Of a DNA stretch of 64,000 nucleotides, positions 46,799-56,401 are shown piece by piece. The translations under genes were made by a program, and so were the position numbers. The DNA is from Oscillospiraceae bacterium. Lineage in GTDB: Bacteria; Bacillota; Clostridia; Oscillospirales; Acutalibacteraceae. Under the pieces are notes generated by a model. It saw only the letters and a list, made by a program, of their open reading frames with translations, was not told the DNA's origin and ran no database searches. How positions within the stretch are numbered: position 1 is the stretch's first letter; each line of letters begins with the position of its first letter. The stretch spans positions 19,967 through 83,966 of the forward strand of contig CACYCR010000160.1 of assembly GCA_902772935.1 (NCBI GenBank). The letters are read 5' to 3'.

Positions 46799-47716
46799 TC
46801 ACCGCAGGAACCCCCGGACGATCATCTCTTCCGCCTGTTTTTCGTCCAGACCGAGCGTCATCAGTTTATACAGCTGTTCACCTGCGATCTTGCCGATGGC
46901 GGCCTCATGAATCAAAGAAGCGTCTACGCATTCCGCTTTGAGCGCCGGTGTCGCAAGAATGATGCCGTTATCCATGATGATGGAATCGCATTCCGCATGC
47001 CCGTGGCAGGCATTCTTGCCGTTGATGGCCAACATGACTTCCTGATAGCTGTCGCCTTTGGCAACGCCGCGGCTGATCAGGTCGCAACTGCTGTCTTTGC
47101 CGTTCATATCCACCGTCATTCTTGCAGTGGCGTGCTGATCTCCATCGGTCAGGATTTTATCATGAATTTCCAGCATTGCGTCATCTGCAAGCGTTGCGTT
47201 TGTTTCTCGCAGCGTGTCATCCACACCGGCGATCTGCGCGGTCTCCATAATCATATATGCGCCCTTGTCCAGATCCACCACTGTCGTTGGGTTCATGAGC
47301 CGTTTGCCGGTACCGGTACCTTCGCCGTAATGCTTTTCGACATAGCGAACCCGACTGTTTTTGCCGACATGAAAGCTATGCACGCCATCGTGGCGGCTGT
47401 CCTGCCCGCCGCAATTGGAGATACCGCAGCCCGCAATGATGGTCACGTCGCAGTCGTCTCCGATGAAGAAGTCGTTATAGACTACTTCCTTGAGGCCGCT
47501 TTCGCTGATGATGACGGGAATATGGACGCTCTGATTTTTGGTACCCGGCTTGATGACGATATCAATGCCGGAAACGTCTTCTTTGGTTACGATGTCGATA
47601 TTCGCCGTGGTGTTGCGTGCAGCGGATTTGCCGTTGCTGCGGATATTGTAGGCGCCGACCGGAAGTGCGTCGAGGGCGGCAACCTCTTTCAGAATGTGTT
47701 TTTCCGTTTCGGTCAT
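46799..47716 (-). CDS. SufB/SufD family Fe-S cluster assembly protein
   Basis: 305 aa. Beta-helix-like repeat region and the C-terminal SRHDG...EAAIGKI...QLFYL-like pattern (here EAAIGKIAGEQLYKLMTLGL). The start overlaps the upstream ABC ATPase stop (ATGA). Confidence 0.78.
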   Translation of the reverse strand: MTETEKHILKEVAALDALPVGAYNIRSNGKSAARNTTANIDIVTKEDVSGIDIVIKPGTKNQSVHIPVIISESGLKEVVYNDFFIGDDCDVTIIAGCGISNCGGQDSRHDGVHSFHVGKNSRVRYVEKHYGEGTGTGKRLMNPTTVVDLDKGAYMIMETAQIAGVDDTLRETNATLADDAMLEIHDKILTDGDQHATARMTVDMNGKDSSCDLISRGVAKGDSYQEVMLAINGKNACHGHAECDSIIMDNGIILATPALKAECVDASLIHEAAIGKIAGEQLYKLMTLGLDEKQAEEMIVRGFLR

Positions 47717-48414
47717 GCCTGCTGCACCCCCTTTTGCTCCGCGTTTGCAATATAAGACAGCACATCGTCTTTCGGGCCGAAGGCCTCGACGGTACCGTTC
47801 TTGAGATAGATGATTTTGTCTGCAATGTTCAGGATGCGCTCCTGATGGCTGATGATGATAATACTGCCGGCCGTTTTGGCATACAGATTTTCAAAGATCC
47901 GGATCAGGCTATGAAAGCTCCAAAGGTCAATACCGGCCTCCGGCTCATCAAAGAGCGTGAGGGCGCTGCCGCGCGCTGCCGCCATGGCGATCTCGATGCG
48001 CTTCATCTCACCGCCGGAAAGGGTATCGTTGAGTTCGCGGTCGCGGTACTCTTTCGGCTCCAGCCCGACCTCGCGCAAGATTTCGCAGGCGTCCACTATA
48101 TTCTTTTCGCCGTGATATGCAAGTTTCAGCAGATCGCTGACACGCAGGCCCTTGAACCGTACCGGCTGCTGAAAGGCAAAGCTGATCCCTTTGTCAGCGC
48201 GTTCGTTGATTGACAGGTGCGTAATATCCTCGCCGTTAAACAAAATCTGTCCTGTTGTCGGCGTGATCAGGCCCATGATGATCTTCACAAGCGTGGATTT
48301 GCCGCTGCCGTTTGGACCGGTAATGGCAACAAACCGATCATCGGTTTTCAGGTTGATATCGTTCAGAATCACTTTGTCACCCACAGCGTAGGTCACATTT
48401 TTCAATTCAAGCAA
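47713..48414 (-). CDS. SufC-like ABC ATPase
   Basis: TTG start at 48414, 7 nt after GGGAGGA. The longer track ORF would overlap secA. Walker A GPNGSGKST, LSGGE, LFDEPEAGID. Confidence 0.78.
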   Translation of the reverse strand: MLELKNVTYAVGDKVILNDINLKTDDRFVAITGPNGSGKSTLVKIIMGLITPTTGQILFNGEDITHLSINERADKGISFAFQQPVRFKGLRVSDLLKLAYHGEKNIVDACEILREVGLEPKEYRDRELNDTLSGGEMKRIEIAMAAARGSALTLFDEPEAGIDLWSFHSLIRIFENLYAKTAGSIIIISHQERILNIADKIIYLKNGTVEAFGPKDDVLSYIANAEQKGVQQA

Positions 48415-48437
48415 AGTTTGTTCCTCCCAAATGGCGC

Positions 48438-51206
48438 TCAGGTATTCTTCTGGTTGCGGATTTCCGGACGACCGCAGCATTTCTTATACTTTTTGCCGCT
48501 GCCGCAAGGACAGGGATCGTTCGGTCCGACTTTTTCATCTTTACTCTTGCGAACCGTACGATTCTTTTCGCTGCCGTCGCCGCTGCCACCGCTGGTACCG
48601 GTGACCTTGGCAACCTGTTCGCGCTTGATTTCTTCTTCCGTCTTGAACTGCGCGGAAAGAACAATGCGCACCGTATCTTCCTGAATGGCCGCAATCATCG
48701 CTTCGAACATATCCGCCGTCTCTTCACGGAAGGCAACGATCGGATCTTTCTGCCCGTAGGCAACCAGGTTGATGCTGCGTTTGAGTTCGTCGACCGCGTC
48801 GATGTGATCCATCCACTGCATATCCACACAGCGCAGCAGCATTGCGCGTTCCATTTCGCGCATGAATTCCGTGCCGTACTTTGCCTCGCGGGCATCATGC
48901 AGCTCGTGCGCACGCTGTTTGAGCAGTGCGGCAATCTCATCGGAATCCGGGATCTCGCCGTCAGTAAAATCGCTTTCGCTTGTCAGCCAGCCGTTATATT
49001 TTTCACGCAGAGACGCCAGATGCCAGTCTTCTTTATTGGAATGCGGCGGACAGAAGAACGCGACGGTGCTGTCAATGGTTTCATCGATCATCTTGGCGAT
49101 CACGGGCTTCATGTCTTCGCCCTTGAGCACCATGTCGCGTTCACTGTAGATCACATTACGCTGCCGGTTCATCACGTCGTCAAAGGCCAGAACGTGACGG
49201 CGGGTCGCAAAGTTATTGCCCTCGACTTTCTTCTGTGCGGTTTCAACCGAGCGGGTCACCATACCGACCTCGATCGGCATATTGTTATCCACGGGCAGGC
49301 TGTTCATGATGGCGCTCATGCGGTCGCCGCCGAAGAGGCGCAGCAGATCATCCTCCATAGACAGGAAGAACCGGCTTTCACCCGGGTCACCCTGACGGCC
49401 GGAACGGCCGCGCAGCTGGTTGTCGATCCGGCGGGATTCGTGCCGCTCGGTACCGATGATGAACAGACCGCCGGCCTGACGGACTTTTTCCGCTTCGTCC
49501 TTGATCTCTTCTTTATATTTGGCTTCCAGTTCTTTGAACTTAGCGCGGGCTTCCAGAATGGCTTCGTCGTCCGTATCACCGAACGCATCCGCCTCGGCGA
49601 TTTGCTCTTCTGTGTATTCAAGTTTACGCATCTCGCTTTTGGCAAGGAACTCCGCGTTACCGCCGAGCATGATGTCGGTACCACGGCCGGCCATGTTGGT
49701 TGCGATTGTGACGGCGCCGAACTTACCGGCCTGCGCAACGATCTCCGCTTCCTTGTCATGATGTTTCGCATTGAGCACGTTATGCTTGATCCCGCGGCGC
49801 TTCAGCGCGGCAGAGAGACGTTCACTCTTTTCGATGGAGACAGTACCGACCAGCACCGGCTGTCCCTTTTCATGGCATCTGAGGATCTGCTCAATGATGG
49901 CGTCAAATTTGAACTGCTCTTTCTGATAGATCACGTCGTCGTTATCGATGCGGATAACCGGCTTGTTCGTCGGGATCTCCACTGCGTCGAGCGAGTAGAT
50001 CTCGCGGAATTCCTGCACTTCGGTCATCGCCGTACCGGTCATGCCGGACAGCTTTTCATACAGGCGGAAGTAGTTCTGGAAGGTGATGGTCGCAAGCGTT
50101 TTATTTTCGCGGGCAATCTTCACGCCCTCCTTCGCTTCAATCGCCTGATGCAGACCTTCGTTGTAGCGGCGGCCGATCATGATACGGCCGGTAAATTCAT
50201 CGACGATGAGCACCTGTCCGTCTTTGACGACATAATCGATGTCGCGCTTCATGATGCCGTGCGCCTTGATGGCGATATTGATGTGGTGCGACAGCGTCAG
50301 GTTGTCCGGATCGGAAAGGTTCTCCACGTTGAAGAAGGCCTCCGCCTTTTCGATACCGCTTTTGGTGAGTGTTGCGGTCTTCGCTTTTTCATCGACCACA
50401 TAGTCGGCGCCCTGCTCTGCGGCAATGTCTTCGAGGTTCATCTTGGAATCCGCTTCCTTGATGCGCAGACACCGCAGCCGTTTGACAAAATCATTTGCAA
50501 AACGGTACAGATCGGAGGACTGGCTGCCCATACCGGAAATGATGAGCGGCGTACGCGCCTCATCGATCAGGATGGAGTCCACTTCGTCCACAATGGCATA
50601 GTTATGCCCGCGCTGCACCTTTTCCGCAAGGTACTGCACCATATTGTCACGCAGATAGTCGAAGCCCATCTCATTGTTCGTACCGTAAGTAATGTCTGCG
50701 GCATACGCAGCGCGGCGGGCATCGTTGTCCATGCCGTTGACAATCAGGCCGACAGTCAAACCGAGAAAACGGTACACCTTTCCCATCCACTCGCTGTCGC
50801 GGCGGGCAAGGTAATCGTTGACCGTAACGATATGGACACCTTTGCCGGATAGTGCGTTCAGATACGCCGGCAGCGTTGCAACAAGGGTTTTACCTTCGCC
50901 GGTCTTCATTTCTGCGATGCGGCCCTGATGCAAAACCATGCCGCCCTCCAGCTGTACGGGAAAGTGGCGCATATTGAGCACGCGCGCACTCGCTTCGCGG
51001 CAGGTGGCAAACGCTTCCGGCAAAATATCGTCGAGCGTTTCGCCGTTTTCCAGGCGAGTTTTGAACTCATCCGTTTTGGCGCGCAGGTCTGCGTCGCTCA
51101 GCTTTTTATAATCGTCCTCCATCGAAAGGATCTTTTCGACGGTGGGCTTCAATCGTTTGATTTCCTTCGAAGAGTAATCCCCGAAAATTTTCTTGAAAAG
51201 GCCCAT
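48438..51206 (-). CDS. secA: Preprotein translocase ATPase SecA
   Basis: 922 aa. [11 protein letters not shown] Walker [20 protein letters not shown], and C-terminal zinc finger [14 protein letters not shown]. Confidence 0.97.
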   Translation of the reverse strand: MGLFKKIFGDYSSKEIKRLKPTVEKILSMEDDYKKLSDADLRAKTDEFKTRLENGETLDDILPEAFATCREASARVLNMRHFPVQLEGGMVLHQGRIAEMKTGEGKTLVATLPAYLNALSGKGVHIVTVNDYLARRDSEWMGKVYRFLGLTVGLIVNGMDNDARRAAYAADITYGTNNEMGFDYLRDNMVQYLAEKVQRGHNYAIVDEVDSILIDEARTPLIISGMGSQSSDLYRFANDFVKRLRCLRIKEADSKMNLEDIAAEQGADYVVDEKAKTATLTKSGIEKAEAFFNVENLSDPDNLTLSHHINIAIKAHGIMKRDIDYVVKDGQVLIVDEFTGRIMIGRRYNEGLHQAIEAKEGVKIARENKTLATITFQNYFRLYEKLSGMTGTAMTEVQEFREIYSLDAVEIPTNKPVIRIDNDDVIYQKEQFKFDAIIEQILRCHEKGQPVLVGTVSIEKSERLSAALKRRGIKHNVLNAKHHDKEAEIVAQAGKFGAVTIATNMAGRGTDIMLGGNAEFLAKSEMRKLEYTEEQIAEADAFGDTDDEAILEARAKFKELEAKYKEEIKDEAEKVRQAGGLFIIGTERHESRRIDNQLRGRSGRQGDPGESRFFLSMEDDLLRLFGGDRMSAIMNSLPVDNNMPIEVGMVTRSVETAQKKVEGNNFATRRHVLAFDDVMNRQRNVIYSERDMVLKGEDMKPVIAKMIDETIDSTVAFFCPPHSNKEDWHLASLREKYNGWLTSESDFTDGEIPDSDEIAALLKQRAHELHDAREAKYGTEFMREMERAMLLRCVDMQWMDHIDAVDELKRSINLVAYGQKDPIVAFREETADMFEAMIAAIQEDTVRIVLSAQFKTEEEIKREQVAKVTGTSGGSGDGSEKNRTVRKSKDEKVGPNDPCPCGSGKKYKKCCGRPEIRNQKNT

Positions 51207-51267
51207 TGTGTCACCTCAATAATTCAGATGTTCCAAGCAAGTATTGCCCAATTTGCATTGGTTATTT

Positions 51268-51296
51268 ATTATAGCACATTCTTTATTGCTTTGCAA
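51268..51296 (-). promoter_or_regulatory. Sigma-A-type promoter of secA
   Basis: The minus strand reads TTGCAA, 17-nt spacer, TATAAT, with a TGc extended -10. Confidence 0.55.
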
Positions 51297-51350
51297 GCGA
51301 GCAAACTGCCAAAGAACGTCTGCAAAGTTCCTGTATTTTTGGTTGTATTC

Positions 51351-51379
51351 TTGACTTCAATACAGTAAAATGATAAAAT
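51351..51379 (+). promoter_or_regulatory. Sigma-A-type promoter of the GPH transporter gene
   Basis: TTGACT, 17-nt spacer, TAAAAT. It lies 32 nt upstream of the ATG. Confidence 0.5.
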
Positions 51380-51410
51380 AACCACAGAACACGACGAGGG
51401 AGGGAAACAC

Positions 51411-53108
51411 ATGAACGACAAAGTATCTTTCGGCGAACGCGTCAAAAAGGCCATCGGTGTCAAAGGTGACTTCAAAACCGCCATTGTCCCGATGATCAAT
51501 TACAGCTACGCAAATATGTTCATGGGCGGTGCCGGGTACATCATCAGCATGTATTTTACAATCTTTCTGACGGACGTCGTCAACATCCGGCTGAAGGACG
51601 CCGGCGTCGTGGTCATGATTGCCACCATCTGGGACGCCGTCACTGACCCCGCGATGGGCATCATCAGCGACCGCACCCGGGCGCGCACCGGCAAACACCG
51701 GCGGTACTTGCTTTGGGGCATCCCGGTGCTGTTTTTGTCCTACTCTCTGCTATGGAACAGCTACGGTCTGGACGGAAAGGCCGCACCGACGCAGGCCATG
51801 CTCTACTACATTCTTGTCTATATGCTGTATAAAACGGCGTACACGATCATCGCCGTTCCGCACACCGCCATGCTGCCGGAGCTTGCACCGGACTACGATC
51901 TGCGTACACAATACAACTCCATGGGGTATCTGTTCAACTCCGCCGGTATGGTGCCGTCCTTTTTGTTTACGGTTGCGATTTTGTGGGCCTTCGGATCGAA
52001 CAACAACATTACCTCCGCATCAAAATCGCCGTTTCTGGTGGTTGGCCTTGTCCTTTCGGTCTTCTATGCAATTTCAGTCTTCCTGACCTATAAAAAGACT
52101 TGGGAACCGTCCTCCCTCGGCAATGAACTGCCGCCGTTCGACCTGAAGTATCTGTTGCGGGAATATGTACTGGTCTTCAAGAACAAATCTTTCCGGCAGT
52201 ACTTTTTCATGAGCCTCGCCTACATGTTTTCCACCGGCTTCTATGGCACGACCAAAGTATACTACATCAAGTACCTCGCAAACCAATACAGCACCTACGC
52301 CATCTTCAACGCCGTTGCCGGTGTTGCGGAAGCAAGCGCGTTCCCGCTGAACTACGCATTGACGATGAAATACGGCAAGAAGCGCTGCGGCGACATTGTC
52401 ACGCCGCTGATGGTTGCCGGTCTCGCCATCGGTCTGTTCATGCAGACCAGCCAGAGCGGCAGCGGTCTGCGGCTGGTCTGGCTTGCACTGATGATGCTCA
52501 GTATGATTCTCTATCCCTTCGGCATGAGCGGTCTCGGCTTTGTTTCGACCAACATCTTCCCCGACCTGACCGACGTCGATGAGCTCATCACCGGTCGCCG
52601 CAGAGAAGGCGTTATCGCCACCTTCAGCACCCTCATCAAAAAGAGCGTCAGCGGCGTCATGGCAGCACTGGTCGGCTTTATTCTGCAGGGCTTCGGCCTG
52701 GTCACGGGTGACACGGTCGCCGCGTATGAAAAAGCAAACAACGCCATGTATCCGCAAACCGGCAGTGCGGTCTTCGGCGTACGGCTTTGCGTTGCGATCA
52801 TTCCGATCGTCGCCGCGCTGATTTCGTTGTTCCTGCTGCGCCGGTTCCGGATGACCAAAAACGACCACACCATGATCCGCGCCGCAATCGCAACAAAGCA
52901 CAAATACGGCAGTGTTTCCCTCACGCCGGAGGAGATTGCCTGCTGTGAAGCAATCAGCGGACAAAAATACGCCGACACCTGGCTCGGTACCGGCAACGAC
53001 GACAGTCACCCGCTGGAAACCGATGCCGAGGGCAACTACATCATCCTGTTGGAACATGAGCAGGAGCTGGCTGCGCAAAAGAAGCAGGCGCAAACGCTGC
53101 AGCATTGA
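51411..53108 (+). CDS. Glycoside-pentoside-hexuronide (GPH):cation symporter family transporter with a C-terminal cytoplasmic extension of about 100 aa
   Basis: WDAVTDPAMGIISDRTRARTGKHRRY is the GPH/MelB-type signature. 12 hydrophobic segments. The hydrophilic tail starts at about residue 465. Confidence 0.82.
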   Translation: MNDKVSFGERVKKAIGVKGDFKTAIVPMINYSYANMFMGGAGYIISMYFTIFLTDVVNIRLKDAGVVVMIATIWDAVTDPAMGIISDRTRARTGKHRRYLLWGIPVLFLSYSLLWNSYGLDGKAAPTQAMLYYILVYMLYKTAYTIIAVPHTAMLPELAPDYDLRTQYNSMGYLFNSAGMVPSFLFTVAILWAFGSNNNITSASKSPFLVVGLVLSVFYAISVFLTYKKTWEPSSLGNELPPFDLKYLLREYVLVFKNKSFRQYFFMSLAYMFSTGFYGTTKVYYIKYLANQYSTYAIFNAVAGVAEASAFPLNYALTMKYGKKRCGDIVTPLMVAGLAIGLFMQTSQSGSGLRLVWLALMMLSMILYPFGMSGLGFVSTNIFPDLTDVDELITGRRREGVIATFSTLIKKSVSGVMAALVGFILQGFGLVTGDTVAAYEKANNAMYPQTGSAVFGVRLCVAIIPIVAALISLFLLRRFRMTKNDHTMIRAAIATKHKYGSVSLTPEEIACCEAISGQKYADTWLGTGNDDSHPLETDAEGNYIILLEHEQELAAQKKQAQTLQH

Positions 53109-53125
53109 CGGAAAGGAGCATTCAC

Positions 53126-53626
53126 ATGACAGCACAAAAAATTGACATTTCACAAAAAGCACCCGCAAAAAAAGAGAAGAACTTCAAAAACAACTGCAAG
53201 GCGTTTTTGTTCTATCTGGTGCAATGGACGTGGGGGCTGCCGGTCAATCTCATCGGCGGCATCGCGTTTCTGATTTGCACCAAACTGCTCGGCCGACGCT
53301 ATCAGCGATTCGGCTACGCCTTCATTGTCTATCTGCCGTGGAACCAGGGCGGGCTTTCCCTTGGACTGTTCATCTTCATCCGCGACCAGCACCCGAACAA
53401 AAAATGGACGTACAATACGCGTATCCATGAATACGGGCACACCTGGCAATGTCTTTTGCTCGGGCCGCTGTATTATCCGGTGATCGCGCTGCCATCCGCC
53501 ATCTGGTGCAACTGCTTCAACGGCTTTCGCAAAAAGCACAATGTTTCCTACTACAAGCTATACTGTGAGGCATGGGCAAACGCCTTCGGGCAGAAGTTCT
53601 CAGGCATGAAGATGACGGAGAGGTAA
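53126..53626 (+). CDS. Small membrane protein with an HExxH motif (putative zincin-like, DUF3267-like)
   Basis: ATG 6 nt after AAGGAG. Hydrophobic helices flank IHEYGHTWQ. The upstream in-frame TTG at 53105 overlaps the transporter stop. Confidence 0.55.
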   Translation: MTAQKIDISQKAPAKKEKNFKNNCKAFLFYLVQWTWGLPVNLIGGIAFLICTKLLGRRYQRFGYAFIVYLPWNQGGLSLGLFIFIRDQHPNKKWTYNTRIHEYGHTWQCLLLGPLYYPVIALPSAIWCNCFNGFRKKHNVSYYKLYCEAWANAFGQKFSGMKMTER

Positions 53627-53805
53627 CGAAAAAAACACAACGCCGCAAAGCACCTCACGGCGTTGCTGCTCTCATCTTCAGAAATCGTTGAAATAAAAAT
53701 GCAGTACCTTGAAAAAAACAAAGTACTGCATTTCTTCTTTTCCCGTTCTTTTCTTTCCATGAGGAAAATGCAAAAGAAAGCGTCTTCTTGCTGCTTTCTG
53801 CGTTT

Positions 53806-54828
53806 TTATTTCGGCAGCACAAAACCGACCTTCTTCATCACCTTCATCAGCGTCCGGTCGGCAACCCGCGCCGCACGTGCCGCGCCCTTCGCGGCAACTT
53901 CTTCCAGATATCCCTTATCTGCAATGTACTGCGCAAAGCGCTCGCGCACCGGACGCAGCTCTTCCACAACTGCATCGGCAACCGCGGCTTTGAATTCGCC
54001 GTAACCCTTACCATCAAAGTCATGTGCAATCCGGTCGTAATCCAGACCCGTGCAGCAGGAATAAATGCCCATCAGGTTGTTGATGCCGTCTTTCCCTTCC
54101 CCGTAAAAAACCTTTCCGTCGCAATCCGTAACAGCGGATTTGATCTTTTTCACAATCACGTTCGGCTCATCGAACACACTGATGTACCCCTTCGGATTCG
54201 GGTCGCTCTTGCTCATCTTCTTGTTCGGCGCCTGCAGCGACATCACGCGCGCACCCTGTTTGCCGATGTACGGTTCCGGAATCGTAAAGGTCGGGCTGTA
54301 AATCGTGTTGAACCGGTTCGCAATGTCACGGGCAATCTCCAGATGCTGCTTCTGATCCGCGCCCACCGGCACAAGATCCGCCTGATACAGCAAGATGTCC
54401 GCCGCCATCAAAACCGGGTACGCAAACAAGCCGACGTTGACATTATCGGCGTGTGCAGCGGATTTGTCCTTGAACTGCGTCATACGGGACATCTCACCGA
54501 ACTGCGTATAACAATTCAGAATCCACGCAAGCTGCGCGTGTGCAGGCACATGACTCTGAATGAAGATCGTGCTCTCATCCGGATCCAGACCGATCGCAAG
54601 CAACAGCGCAAGCACCTGATTGATCTGCTTGCGGAAGGTTGCAGGGTCCTGCCGCACCGTAATCGCATGCAGGTCAGCAACAGCAAACGTACCGTCGAAC
54701 GTATCAGCCAGCTTTTTCCAGTTCTTGAGCGCACCGAGATAGTTGCCGAGCGTCGGGATGCCGGACGGCTGAATGCAGCTGAGAATCCGTTTTTTTTGTA
54801 CGGCAGGCGCGGTTGTTTCTGTGGACAT
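53806..54828 (-). CDS. trpS: Tryptophan--tRNA ligase
   Basis: 340 aa. Class I signatures (IQPSGIPTLGNYLGA in the HIGH position; KMSKS present as KKMSKSD). Confidence 0.95.
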   Translation of the reverse strand: MSTETTAPAVQKKRILSCIQPSGIPTLGNYLGALKNWKKLADTFDGTFAVADLHAITVRQDPATFRKQINQVLALLLAIGLDPDESTIFIQSHVPAHAQLAWILNCYTQFGEMSRMTQFKDKSAAHADNVNVGLFAYPVLMAADILLYQADLVPVGADQKQHLEIARDIANRFNTIYSPTFTIPEPYIGKQGARVMSLQAPNKKMSKSDPNPKGYISVFDEPNVIVKKIKSAVTDCDGKVFYGEGKDGINNLMGIYSCCTGLDYDRIAHDFDGKGYGEFKAAVADAVVEELRPVRERFAQYIADKGYLEEVAAKGAARAARVADRTLMKVMKKVGFVLPK

Positions 54829-54914
54829 GAGTGATCTCTCCTTACGATCATAAACTTCTTTTTCAGATCATGCATCCCGCAGTTTTTACTTTTGCGCGAT
54901 GCAGCAGATACTAT

Positions 54915-54943
54915 ATTGTATCACAACATCGAAAAAGTATCAA
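54915..54943 (-). promoter_or_regulatory. Sigma-A-type promoter of trpS
   Basis: The minus strand reads TTGATA, 17-nt spacer, TACAAT, with a TGa extended -10. The leader is only about 80 nt. Confidence 0.55.
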
Positions 54944-55005
54944 GCCATTGCAGCACATTCTGTCGAGTTTCTTTTTTTCTGCTTTACGAGCTTTGCAGCC
55001 TGCTG

Positions 55006-55034
55006 TTGACTTTTTCGGAGAATCAAGTTATAAT
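55006..55034 (+). promoter_or_regulatory. Near-consensus sigma-A promoter of the 55-aa small-protein gene
   Basis: TTGACT, 17-nt spacer, TATAAT. It is followed by the perfect palindrome GGTGCAATTGCACC at 55046-55059. Confidence 0.6.
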
Positions 55035-55087
55035 TAATTTGAGCAGGTGCAATTGCACCCAACCAATCGGAAAGGAGGGCTGTTTTC

Positions 55088-55255
55088 ATGAGCGAAGCAT
55101 TAAACAATCTGATCAAAGATTTGCACGCGAGCGGATTCAAAACCTTTTTGCAGGAACACGGCGGTGATTTCATTGGCCTGATCAACATGTTCATCAATGC
55201 GCTGCGCCGCTTGTTCGCAAAAAGCAACGCAACGACAGAAGAAACCACAGAATAA
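55088..55255 (+). CDS. Small protein, 55 aa (below the ORF-track cutoff), amphipathic-helical with an acidic tail
   Basis: ATG 7 nt after GGAAAGGAGGG. Translation: MSEALNNLIKDLHASGFKTFLQEHGGDFIGLINMFINALRRLFAKSNATTEETTE. It shares EAL..LI and DFIG motifs with the 64-aa protein 230 nt downstream. Confidence 0.55.
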   Translation: MSEALNNLIKDLHASGFKTFLQEHGGDFIGLINMFINALRRLFAKSNATTEETTE

Positions 55256-55409
55256 CCACCGCATCTTCTTCAGGCGTATGCTGGGCCCCCTTCAAAAGGA
55301 AGATTGCTTCCCGACGAATAGGGGCCTATTGTTTGATGTCGGCGTCCGGGATTTCCGTACATAACGCCGAAAAGAAAAGAAGAAAGTTGTAAAAAATGTT
55401 AAATTTCTA

Positions 55410-55438
55410 TTGCAATTCAGAAAAATCTGTGCTATTAT
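55410..55438 (+). promoter_or_regulatory. Sigma-A-type promoter of the 64-aa small-protein gene
   Basis: TTGCAA, 17-nt spacer, TATTAT, with a TGc extended -10. It is followed by the hairpin TTGAGAT-TTT-ATCTCAA at 55444-55460. Confidence 0.55.
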
Positions 55439-55484
55439 ACCAATTGAGATTTTATCTCAAAATATTATAGGGAGGCAAATACCC

Positions 55485-55679
55485 ATGTTTGACAAAATCA
55501 AGGAAGCACTCGGTCTCATCAACGAAGGCACCCAGGACGGCCTGAACCTTTACAAGAGCTTCACCACTTCCGGCACGGATCTTGCCACTGCTTTCGGCAA
55601 GGCTTTCGCAGCTGTGAAAGACGCTCTTACCACTTGCGTTGACTTCATCGGTAAAGTCGTCGGTAAGTTCCAGGCATAA
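55485..55679 (+). CDS. Small protein, 64 aa, Gly/Ala/Lys-rich amphipathic
   Basis: ATG after GGGAGG. Translation: MFDKIKEALGLINEGTQDGLNLYKSFTTSGTDLATAFGKAFAAVKDALTTCVDFIGKVVGKFQA. It has its own terminator. Confidence 0.65.
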   Translation: MFDKIKEALGLINEGTQDGLNLYKSFTTSGTDLATAFGKAFAAVKDALTTCVDFIGKVVGKFQA

Positions 55680-55705
55680 GTCAGGTACAAAGTTTACAGC
55701 AAAGA

Positions 55706-55736
55706 CCGGGGCAATCCCCGGCTTTTGTTGTTTTTT
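55706..55736 (+). terminator. Intrinsic terminator after the 64-aa gene
   Basis: CCGGGG/CCCCGG stem, CAAT loop, then CTTTTGTTGTTTTTT. Confidence 0.75.
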
Positions 55737-55768
55737 GGCCATCATGAAAACCGAACGGAGGTTTGTTT

Positions 55769-56344
55769 ATGGATGAGCAAAGACCGCAAGAAACCAACAG
55801 CACCGCCGCAGCGGTTCTGCTTCGTGTTGTGCGGATTCTTTTTCTGCTGTTGTTTCTGGCAGGGCTTCTTGTTTTCGGCGGCATGCTGGTGGCATACCTG
55901 CCGATGCTCGCGCTGGGAGAAGAAGGCGCTTTTCTTGTGGAAGCAGAAAGCCCGGTTCGCGCGTATATCCGTCCGCTGACGGAAACCGCTGTTTTACGTG
56001 CACAGGGGCACTATCTTTTTGCTGCAGCCTTGCCGCACCTGATTTACACCGCCATGGTATTGGCAGGAATTCTCTGGATTTTCATTTTCCTGCGCCGCGC
56101 AAAAAACAGACAGCCCTTTTTCACAAAAGGCGGTATGATCTCGCTGGGCCTGCTGTCTGTCTGGGCGCTGCTTTCGGTTGCCTTGCCGCTGACAGCCAGC
56201 AAGTTCGCCGTCCCGTATGTCGCGCAAAGCGGTACGCTGGAGATGGTGCCCTGGGCATTTGCGGTTCCGCTCGGCATCGCTGTTGGCATTCTGCTTTGCA
56301 CCGCGGTGTATTTCATCTTTTGGAAAAAGAGCCGTCGACCGTAA
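55769..56344 (+). CDS. Hypothetical integral membrane protein (four predicted TM helices)
   Basis: ATG 7 nt after GGAGG. Four long hydrophobic segments. No catalytic motif recognised. Confidence 0.55.
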   Translation: MDEQRPQETNSTAAAVLLRVVRILFLLLFLAGLLVFGGMLVAYLPMLALGEEGAFLVEAESPVRAYIRPLTETAVLRAQGHYLFAAALPHLIYTAMVLAGILWIFIFLRRAKNRQPFFTKGGMISLGLLSVWALLSVALPLTASKFAVPYVAQSGTLEMVPWAFAVPLGIAVGILLCTAVYFIFWKKSRRP

Positions 56345-56358
56345 AAATACGATATAAC

Positions 56359-56392
56359 AAAAGAGAGCAGTTTTCACTGCTCCCTTTTGTTA
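56359..56392. terminator. Bidirectional terminator (membrane protein / nadE)
   Basis: GAGCAGT/ACTGCTC stem, extendable with one mismatch, flanked by AAAA and CCTTTTGTT. Confidence 0.7.
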
Positions 56393-56401
56393 TGTAATGG
56401 T

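Noticed and set aside
53627-53805. Cluster of three hairpins after the HExxH-protein gene as a possible structured ncRNA.
   Set aside because: Each is a simple stem-loop (CAACGCCG/CGGCGTTG; ATGCAGTAC/GTACTGCAT; AGAAAGC/GCTTTCT) flanked by A or T runs. This is consistent with stacked terminators for the convergent plus-strand operon and trpS.
54829-54914. T-box leader upstream of trpS.
   Set aside because: The promoter lies only about 80 nt from the start codon. No T-box sequence (GGGTGGTACCGCG-like), specifier-loop architecture or terminator with a U-run is present.
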